From contig JBAWVI010000001.1 of NCBI GenBank assembly GCA_037147375.1, forward strand, positions 1-32,000: a DNA stretch of 32,000 nucleotides, read 5' to 3'. The translations under genes and the position numbers were made by a program. A model generated the notes under the pieces. The model worked only from the letters and a program-made list of their open reading frames with translations. It was not told where the DNA came from and ran no database searches. How positions within the stretch are numbered: the first letter of the stretch is position 1; each line of letters opens with the position of its first letter. The DNA is from an archaeon. GTDB lineage: Archaea > Iainarchaeota > Iainarchaeia > Iainarchaeales > CSSED10-239. Shown here in pieces: positions 25,261 through 32,000 of the stretch.

Positions 25261-25701
25261 ATGGGTTTTTATGAAAAAGATATAACTAAAGAAAACAAAA
25301 AACAATTTATAAAAGAAAATAGACCAGTTATTGAAAAATTATTATCTGATTTTTTTTCAAAAACTATACTATCAGCAAGTAAAAATAAGGTTGCAAATCA
25401 ATTAGTTACTGCTTATTTAGAAAACAAGAAAGGAAAAGAATTTATTGGAGTTTTAATTTCTCCAAGAGCAATATCTGAAAGATTTATTTCTCAGATCCCA
25501 GTTGATTTAAGAGGAAATCATAAGAAGAATACAAATAGTCCAATTGATAATAAATTAAGAAATCCAGAATTAAATCAATCTAAATCACTAACCATTGAAG
25601 ATATAAGACACGAATTAAGAAAAGGATATAATAATTTCACAAAAAAACAAAAAGTTATGAAAAAATTAAAACCTATAAATAAAAAAATAAGATTAAAATA
25701 A
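25261..25701 (+). CDS. hypothetical small basic protein with PIP-box-like motif
   Basis: 146-aa ORF 12 nt after PCNA. EKLLSDFF at residues 25-32 (nt 25333-25356). K/R/N-rich C-terminal half. Confidence 0.55.
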   Translation: MGFYEKDITKENKKQFIKENRPVIEKLLSDFFSKTILSASKNKVANQLVTAYLENKKGKEFIGVLISPRAISERFISQIPVDLRGNHKKNTNSPIDNKLRNPELNQSKSLTIEDIRHELRKGYNNFTKKQKVMKKLKPINKKIRLK

Positions 25702-25727
25702 AAGGATAAATTTACTTATATCCTTTT
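25700..25727. terminator. 9-bp perfect inverted repeat (AAAAGGATA / TATCCTTTT, 10-nt loop) spanning two convergent stop codons
   Basis: Read directly from the sequence. The left arm overlaps the stop of 25261..25701. The loop contains the lonB stop. Confidence 0.4.
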
Positions 25728-27592
25728 ACTTTCTTTAATAGTTCTTTTTTTTCTTTGCAATCTTTGAATGCAACATCAATTACTTCCCAGATTGTTTTTA
25801 CAGGAATTATCTTGATTTTCTTTTTGTCTTCTTCTGACAAGACAACATCATCCTTGTTTGCATAAGGTATGATTACTTCCTTTATCTTTGATGATATTGC
25901 TGCACCAATCTTTCCAGTTACTCCACCAACTGGAAGAACTTCTCCTCTAATTGAAAGGGATCCAGTCATTGCTATGTCTTGCTTGATTGGAACATTTTCA
26001 AGCACAGAAATTACAGCGCTTGCAATTGAAATGGATGCAGAATCTCCTTCAACATCATATGTTTGAAGGAATTGTATATGTATATCGTAGTTAGTAATGT
26101 CCTTCCCAGTAAGCTTCTTAAAGATTGCAGAAACATTCGAAACTGATTCCTTTGCAATTACTCCAAGCTTACCAGTTGCAATTATTTTACCTTGTGATCT
26201 TGAATGAGCTGGTGTTATTTCACACTCTATAGGAAGCATAACTCCTGCATCTGCATTCTCACCAACAACTGCAAGTCCATTAACTCTTCCAAGAAGTGCA
26301 CCGCTTGTCTTAAATATATCATAATCTTTCTTAACTTCCATCATCTTTGATACCATTTGTTGTTCAAGTGATCCAGATGATTTCTTAGCTTCGAGAACTT
26401 CTGCTTGAGTAACTAATGTTTTTCCTTTTTCAACAGCTATGTCTCCTGCTGCTCTAACAAGTCCACCAAGCTCTCTTAATTTTAATGTTAAATGATTTTT
26501 TCTGCTTGCTTTCTTTCTAGCTTCAAATAAGATTTCTTCAACCGCATCTTTTGTAAAGTGTGGTATCTTTGTGTCTTTAGTTACTTCTTGAGCAACAAAT
26601 TGTGCCATCTTATTTCTATTTTCAATTGTATCAGGAACATCTAAGTTCATATGACACTCATAACCAGAACCTCTAATTCTTGATCTTATAGCTGGATGAA
26701 CCTTACTTAAATCTTGATAATTACCAGCAGCAACTAATATAAAGTCACAAGGAGCAGGAGTTGTTCTAACCATTGCACCACTTGACATTTCTGATTGACC
26801 AGTAATAGAATATTTTTTTTCTTGTAAGATAGTTAATAATTCTTGTTGTGATTTAGGTGAAAGAGAAGCAATTTCATCAAGGAAAAGAACTCCACCATTA
26901 GCTCTATGAATCATTCCAGGAACAACTCTTAAGTGAGCTGGTGTTCCAAGTCCCCCTGATTGTAAAGGATCATGAAGAACGTCTCCAAGAAGTGCACCAG
27001 CACGAGCACCAGTTGCATCAATGAATGGAACATGTTTCTGTTTAGCATTATCTATTAATAATTTAGGTGTTAATACTTTTTGTTTAGGTCCAAGCTGAGA
27101 TGAAAGTCCAGTTGCAACCATTACAAACCCAGATAAAATTAAAAGAGCAGCAAATACAATATCAGAATACCATTTCATTTGCCAAAATACAATTGCTAAA
27201 AGTAAGAATGCAAAAGGAAGAATGAACCCAAGTAATCTACCTCCACCCATGTCTCTTGATGCTTGAACAATTGCTTGATCCACAATTTTTTTTCCATCTC
27301 CAGCAGGAGATTCCTTAATAATTGGTGTGTGATTATCTTCTGGGTTTGGATAAACAAGAAGATCTTTTAACTTATAAGGTGGTAAGATTTCAGCAAGAGC
27401 AGAAGCTATCATAGACTTACCTGTTCCTGGAGCACCAATAAGCATAATATGTCTTTTCTGCTTAGCAGCCTTCTTAATAAGTTCAACAGCAGAGTCTTGA
27501 CCAATAACTTGATCAATTAATTGCTTTGGGACTTGTATTTCACTTGTGTCTTTGTACTCAAGTGCTTTAACTTCTTTAACTTTTTTATCCAT
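25712..27592 (-). CDS. lonB: archaeal membrane-anchored Lon protease (LonB)
   Basis: Walker [10 protein letters not shown]. Two TM helices are inserted in the AAA+ module ([18 protein letters not shown]..., [16 protein letters not shown]). Walker B LFLDEI. Protease domain with [14 protein letters not shown] catalytic Ser. Confidence 0.95.
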   Translation of the reverse strand: MDKKVKEVKALEYKDTSEIQVPKQLIDQVIGQDSAVELIKKAAKQKRHIMLIGAPGTGKSMIASALAEILPPYKLKDLLVYPNPEDNHTPIIKESPAGDGKKIVDQAIVQASRDMGGGRLLGFILPFAFLLLAIVFWQMKWYSDIVFAALLILSGFVMVATGLSSQLGPKQKVLTPKLLIDNAKQKHVPFIDATGARAGALLGDVLHDPLQSGGLGTPAHLRVVPGMIHRANGGVLFLDEIASLSPKSQQELLTILQEKKYSITGQSEMSSGAMVRTTPAPCDFILVAAGNYQDLSKVHPAIRSRIRGSGYECHMNLDVPDTIENRNKMAQFVAQEVTKDTKIPHFTKDAVEEILFEARKKASRKNHLTLKLRELGGLVRAAGDIAVEKGKTLVTQAEVLEAKKSSGSLEQQMVSKMMEVKKDYDIFKTSGALLGRVNGLAVVGENADAGVMLPIECEITPAHSRSQGKIIATGKLGVIAKESVSNVSAIFKKLTGKDITNYDIHIQFLQTYDVEGDSASISIASAVISVLENVPIKQDIAMTGSLSIRGEVLPVGGVTGKIGAAISSKIKEVIIPYANKDDVVLSEEDKKKIKIIPVKTIWEVIDVAFKDCKEKKELLKKVKGYK

Positions 27593-27717
27593 ATGTATCA
27601 GTATTTTTATTTATAATTTAATTTTTAAAATTAGAGTTAGAAATTATATTTGAATCATTTCTATATATATTACTTAATAAAACATATTAAAAATATATTT
27701 ATTGCTTTAATATTTAT

Positions 27718-28641
27718 ATGTCTGATAAACTTAAGGTATATTATCTTGGAACAAGCGCTTCCTCTCCTACAAAAACAAGAAACTTAACTTCTTTACTTAT
27801 CAATTATAGGGGTAAGAACTATTTATTTGATAGCCCTGAAAATGTTCAACAACAAATAATGAAGGTTGGAGAAAGCTTACTAAAGATAGAAAACATATTT
27901 ATTACTCATCTTCATGGAGACCATTATTTTGGGATTATAGGATTATTATCAACTATGCAACTAAACAATAGAGAAACTCCAATAAATATCTTTGTTCCTG
28001 CAGGTCAGAAAAGATATTTTTTAGATTTTTTAAAAAGTGCAAGAATAAGAACCTTATTTGAAATAAATATAAATGAACTTAAAGCAAATAATTCAATTAA
28101 AACAGAAGACTTAACAATTACTGCAATCGCACTTGTTCATTCAACTCCAACTCTTGGATATGTTTTCAAAATAAATGACAAGATAGGTAAATTCAATAAG
28201 GATAAAGCAATTAAGCTTGGGATTCCTGAAGGTCCACTCTTTAGAAAATTACAAGAAGGTAAATCAATAAAAGTTGATAAGAAAACAATTAAACCAAAAG
28301 ATGTTATTGATTACTCTTTTAAGAAAATTGGAAAAAAGATTGCATATCTAACAGACACCGAACCTTTAAAGAAACCACCAAAGATTTTACATGATTTAGA
28401 TATTCTAGTTCATGAATCAACCTTTGGGCCAGAGTTTGCAATTCAAGCAAAAGAAAAGAAACACTCAGAAATTAGAGATGTTATTTCTTTTTCAAAAAAA
28501 ATAAAAGCAAAGAAAACTGTTCTTGTGCATTATTCTCAAAGATATAAAGATAAAGAAGAACTAAGTAAGGAACTAACAAAGAATAAAACAATTACAATCG
28601 CAGAAGATCTTTCTTTTGAAATAATTGAGGATTTTAATTAA
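27718..28641 (+). CDS. rnz: ribonuclease Z (tRNA 3' endonuclease)
   Basis: LGTSASSPT, ITHLHGDHYFGI (HxHxDH), a flexible-arm region and C-terminal LVHYSQRY. Confidence 0.88.
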   Translation: MSDKLKVYYLGTSASSPTKTRNLTSLLINYRGKNYLFDSPENVQQQIMKVGESLLKIENIFITHLHGDHYFGIIGLLSTMQLNNRETPINIFVPAGQKRYFLDFLKSARIRTLFEININELKANNSIKTEDLTITAIALVHSTPTLGYVFKINDKIGKFNKDKAIKLGIPEGPLFRKLQEGKSIKVDKKTIKPKDVIDYSFKKIGKKIAYLTDTEPLKKPPKILHDLDILVHESTFGPEFAIQAKEKKHSEIRDVISFSKKIKAKKTVLVHYSQRYKDKEELSKELTKNKTITIAEDLSFEIIEDFN

Positions 28642-28664
28642 AATAATTTGTTGAGATAAGTTGT

Positions 28665-29366
28665 ATGCCTTCAAAAATTAATCATCCTGGTCTTAGATTA
28701 AGAAAAAAATCTCCTGTCCATGCTAAAGTTATTGATGAAAATACAGGTAGAAGAAAAAGAGATACAATAATTAAAAAAGAATTAGACTTATTTAAAACAA
28801 TAAGTAAAGAATCTTGGGGGCAACCAGGAGAACAAGTTTTAGGATCAATTAAACCATTTTTATTTAAGGATATAACAAAAATAAGATCTTTGTATAAATC
28901 AACTAAAAAACCAGTTGATATTATGGTACTTGGTCCAGGAGAGGGTGCTGAAGTTTTATTCTTAAAAAGTTTTTTAGAAAACACACCAACTAATATAGAT
29001 ACCCTTGGGCTTTCTAATCATTTATCTGCTTCTTCAAATTCAAAAATAAGAAAAGATTATTCTCCAGATAATTTATCAGAAAGAAATACTTTTGATCATT
29101 TCAATCATCTAAGTCTTGTTAAAAAGTACAGTTATATTTATTCTCATCTAGGACCTGGATATTATACTCCTTATGCAGAAATTGCATTACTAAAAATTGC
29201 AAGTATGTTACGACCAGGTGGTTTTGCAAGGATACATGTTTTAGATACTAATCCTAATCTTAAAAAGAATATATTAGAATATCTTAATCAAAGAAGTGAA
29301 AAAAATAATATTAAGATAAAAGCATCTATATTTAATGATTGGATAGTTATTAAAAGATTAAAATAA
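28665..29366 (+). CDS. class I SAM-dependent methyltransferase-like protein with basic N-terminal extension
   Basis: Motif I-like VDIMVLGPGEGAE and LRPGGFARIHV. N-terminus LRLRKKSPVHAK...GRRKRD. Substrate unknown. Confidence 0.45.
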   Translation: MPSKINHPGLRLRKKSPVHAKVIDENTGRRKRDTIIKKELDLFKTISKESWGQPGEQVLGSIKPFLFKDITKIRSLYKSTKKPVDIMVLGPGEGAEVLFLKSFLENTPTNIDTLGLSNHLSASSNSKIRKDYSPDNLSERNTFDHFNHLSLVKKYSYIYSHLGPGYYTPYAEIALLKIASMLRPGGFARIHVLDTNPNLKKNILEYLNQRSEKNNIKIKASIFNDWIVIKRLK

Positions 29367-29371
29367 GTTTT

Positions 29372-30064
29372 TCAACAATATTTGTATCCTTTTCCAGGAG
29401 CAAGTACAACTGTTTTTATTTTATAATTAGTATCATCAAGCTTATATTTGATTTCTTGTGGATTTATTTTAATATCTTCAAATGTATCATAATGCATTGG
29501 GATTAAAACTTCAGGTCTCATTTTCTTTGCAACCCTAATTGCTGTGCCCATATCCATTGTTCTTTTTCCTCCAATTGGAAGAAGTGCAATGTTTGGTTTT
29601 ATTTTTTCCTGATCACGTGTCATGTAAGTATCTCCAGCAAAATAAATTGTTTTATTATTTTTATTTTTAATTAAAAAACTTAAAGGATAAAATGATGTTG
29701 GATGATGTGCCGGATATGCATAAAATGAAATATCATTAACTAACTTGGTTTCAAATTCATCGATTGGAACCTTGCATTGATTAGGTGTATCTATTTTATT
29801 TAGGATACTATGGTGTGCAATAATCTTTGGATTGAACTTTTTAACAAGATAATTTATACTTTCAAGATCAAATGAATCCATGTGTTCATGGCTAATTAAG
29901 ATAGAATCTAATTTTTTAATATCACTTGACTTATGAGAACATGGAATTAGTCTTTTATACTGTCCAAGTGAGGTATCTCCAAAATATGGGTCAGTTAATA
30001 TCATTTTATTATCAATCTCCATTAAAAATGAAGAGTGTCCAAGATATTTAATGTTTATTCCCAT
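29372..30064 (-). CDS. MBL-fold metal-dependent hydrolase (paralogue type of 16380..17042)
   Basis: INIKYLGHSSF...LTDPYF...ISHEHMDSFD...YFAGDT...PMHYDTF. ATG at 30064 is preferred; the track start is 30112. Confidence 0.75.
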   Translation of the reverse strand: MGINIKYLGHSSFLMEIDNKMILTDPYFGDTSLGQYKRLIPCSHKSSDIKKLDSILISHEHMDSFDLESINYLVKKFNPKIIAHHSILNKIDTPNQCKVPIDEFETKLVNDISFYAYPAHHPTSFYPLSFLIKNKNNKTIYFAGDTYMTRDQEKIKPNIALLPIGGKRTMDMGTAIRVAKKMRPEVLIPMHYDTFEDIKINPQEIKYKLDDTNYKIKTVVLAPGKGYKYC

Positions 30065-30204
30065 ACTAATATTAAGGTACCATCTTTTATTTAAACACTT
30101 GCTGTAAGACAAGTTTTTATATTTAATGATATGTTATTTAAATCTATTTGTATATATAATATAGTATTACTAAGTATTTTCTTTGCTAAAATTGGGGTTA
30201 ACAC

Positions 30205-31011
30205 ATGAAAAATAAATATATTTCAAGTATAATTTTAATTTTAATGCTTTTTGTGTTTATTTTACCAAGTATTAATGCAGCAAAACTTGGAAATTATGAG
30301 GTATCTATTTATTTAGATTCTCCAAATTCAGCACACATTGTTGAAAATTGGTATATTGAATATAATTATTTAAATCTCAAAGATTTAGGTGATTTTAAAA
30401 CAAGCATTATGGAAGCTAGCCTAGATCGAGCAGAATTAATAGCTATTGATCCTAATTTAAAACCACATATATATATTTCACAACCACCAGTATTTTCAAT
30501 TAAATTTGATGATGTTAAAAATTTAGTTACTTTAGATTATACAATAAATGATTTAGTATTAATTAATTATTTTGAAAATAAAGATGAAATATTGTGGCAA
30601 TTTAATTCAAATCTATTAAGTCAGTTTGTAATTAATGATTTGTATTCTATTCCAAAGGAATCAAATATTGCAATTTGGTTTTATGATCCATTAACTATTG
30701 ATGATCCAGCTCCAGGTGTAGTAGAAATAAATAAACTTTATTTATCAGGATTTACATCAAATCAAATAAAAATAATTGCACTTGAAATGAAACCAACTGA
30801 GCAAAGCTTTATTTTTGGTAATATGTTTAAGGATATGGGTCAAAAAGGACTTTATAATTATTTAATAATTATAATTATATTAATTATAGTTATGTTTATA
30901 TTTAGAAAAAAATTAAGATCTAAGTTTAAGAAATTTGTAATTTCAAAATCAGTAATTGAACCAAGAAAAGTTAAAAAGGACTTTTTTGAAGATGAAATTA
31001 TTGAAGAATAA
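30205..31011 (+). CDS. hypothetical type I membrane protein (signal peptide plus C-terminal TM anchor)
   Basis: N-terminal ISSIILILMLFVFILPSINAA. C-terminal LYNYLIIIIILIIVMFIF followed by RKKLRSKFKK. The roughly 200-aa ectodomain has no recognised motif. Confidence 0.6.
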   Translation: MKNKYISSIILILMLFVFILPSINAAKLGNYEVSIYLDSPNSAHIVENWYIEYNYLNLKDLGDFKTSIMEASLDRAELIAIDPNLKPHIYISQPPVFSIKFDDVKNLVTLDYTINDLVLINYFENKDEILWQFNSNLLSQFVINDLYSIPKESNIAIWFYDPLTIDDPAPGVVEINKLYLSGFTSNQIKIIALEMKPTEQSFIFGNMFKDMGQKGLYNYLIIIIILIIVMFIFRKKLRSKFKKFVISKSVIEPRKVKKDFFEDEIIEE

Positions 31012-31058
31012 ATAAATCAAAATTTATTTAATTTTATACTTAAATTACGTGATATATA

Positions 31059-32000
31059 ATGGTTGTTACATTTACAAAGATAGATAAGGATGTTTATGAA
31101 TATATTTTAAACAAAAAAAATATTGATTTAGATATCTTAATTAATAAACTTAAATTAGATTCTGATTCTATTAGAAGATCAATTGAATTTTTAAAATCAG
31201 AAAATATAATCTCTGAAGAAATAAATAAAACCGATATATATGAACTCTCTGATATTGGTGAAAAAGCAATAAATGGAAATTTACTTGAAGATCTTTTTTG
31301 TAAATCACTAGTTGGTAAGGAAATTAACGTATCTAATCTTAAAGATTTAAAGATTAGTGATTTATCAAACGAAGACATTTCACTTGCGTTTGGGATTGCA
31401 AAAAGAAGCAATCTAATTATAATAGATAATGGATTAATTAAACTTACTGTTGATTATAAAGAAAATATTAATAAAACAATACATCAATTAAATCAAATTA
31501 AATCAAACCTAGTTTCAAGTATATCTAATGATGAACTAAATGAATTTATAAAAAGAAAATTAATTCTTAAGAAGCAAACTACAAAAAAGAATTATTCTTT
31601 TTTAAAAGAAGTAAGTTTCAAGGTTGATGATGATTATGTTCTTGAACTAACATCAACAATTATTAAATCAAAAAATTTTTCTGATATTAAGTTTAAAGAA
31701 TATGATGTTTCAGTTCTTCCAGCTCCAAAGGAAATTGGAAGATATCATCCATTACGTGAAATAATAAACACAATTAAACAGGTTTATATGGAAATGGGAT
31801 TTCAAGAAATGAGAGGACCATACGTTGAAACTTCTTTTTGGCCAATGGATGCAATGTTTATTTCTCAAGATCATCCAATGAGAGATATTCAGGATACTTA
31901 TTATCTACCAATCTCTGGAGATTTACCTGATAAGAGATTAGTTAAAAAGATTTCTGAGATGCATAAGAATGGTGGGAAAACCGGATCTACTGGTCACAGA
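31059..32000 (+). CDS. pheS: phenylalanyl-tRNA synthetase alpha subunit, N-terminal part (3' end off the window)
   Basis: The frame is open from ATG 31059 to the window end and is not in the track because no stop is reached. GRYHPLREIINTIKQVYMEMGFQEMRGPYVETSFWPMDAMFISQDHPMRDIQDTYYL is the PheRS alpha motif 1/2 region. Confidence 0.9.
   Translation, partial: MVVTFTKIDKDVYEYILNKKNIDLDILINKLKLDSDSIRRSIEFLKSENIISEEINKTDIYELSDIGEKAINGNLLEDLFCKSLVGKEINVSNLKDLKISDLSNEDISLAFGIAKRSNLIIIDNGLIKLTVDYKENINKTIHQLNQIKSNLVSSISNDELNEFIKRKLILKKQTTKKNYSFLKEVSFKVDDDYVLELTSTIIKSKNFSDIKFKEYDVSVLPAPKEIGRYHPLREIINTIKQVYMEMGFQEMRGPYVETSFWPMDAMFISQDHPMRDIQDTYYLPISGDLPDKRLVKKISEMHKNGGKTGSTGHR

Noticed and set aside
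1396-31411. Fifteen antisense or overlapping ORFs in the supplied track: 1396-1752, 5434-5673, 6652-6969, 7084-7287, 9052-9252, 9182-9415, 9626-9922, 20925-21188, 21911-22201, 22141-22365, 22331-22543, 24516-24755, 25869-26066, 28682-28984 and 31094-31411.
   Set aside because: Each lies inside, or mostly inside, a confidently identified gene on the opposite strand or in another frame (Rpp30, rrp4, rrp42, antiporter, ABCE1, rfcL, PCNA, lonB, pheS and others). Their translations are low-complexity S/F/I/L-rich with no motifs or RBS. They are typical shadow ORFs.
1-32000. A search by eye for CRISPR arrays, IS elements or transposases, integrases, rRNA genes and GC-rich structured-RNA islands.
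   Set aside because: No regularly spaced direct repeats were seen. No transposase or integrase motifs were seen. The only GC-enriched non-coding patch is the tRNA at 17820-17894.

Overview
This is an AT-rich, tightly packed archaeal chromosome segment. Archaeal markers include an HMf-type histone, PCNA, RFC large subunit, LonB, ABCE1, aEF-1beta, the exosome, RNase P protein subunits and RpoP. GGTGA/GGAGG Shine-Dalgarno sites precede most genes. Short, divergent proteins and very small intergenic gaps fit a small-genome (DPANN-like) archaeon, but lineage cannot be proven from this window. About two thirds of the window is core information-processing genes. Positions 1-8909 hold argS followed by the conserved archaeal exosome/proteasome superoperon: Rpp30, Pop5, psmA, SBDS, rrp4, rrp41, rrp42, L37Ae, RpoP, Brix, Pcc1, prefoldin beta. 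RpoP (42 aa) is absent from the ORF track. Further on are a CPA2 antiporter, cmk-like kinase, PHP phosphoesterase, histone, PAP2 phosphatase, two MBL-fold hydrolases and tRNA-Arg(UCG). These are followed by a Zn-ribbon protein (also missing from the track) with aEF-1beta, rfcL-ABCE1, PCNA, LonB, RNase Z and the 5' part of pheS, which runs off the window. No CRISPR array, transposase or integrase was recognised. The unexplained content, in rough order of interest: (1) three uncharacterised K/R-rich genes inserted between psmA and SBDS inside the superoperon; (2) two adjacent exported or membrane proteins ending in the identical tail KARNNLRPR, the first with a beta-barrel-like sequence pattern; (3) a translationally coupled four-gene operon of Cys-rich proteins with class III (type IV pilin-like) signal peptides and no assembly genes nearby; (4) a small basic protein right after PCNA with a PIP-box-like motif; (5) a PIN-like (DUF3368-type)/UPF0175 toxin-antitoxin-like pair between rfcL and PCNA. 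All functional calls rest on motif recognition by eye and on synteny. No database search was run.
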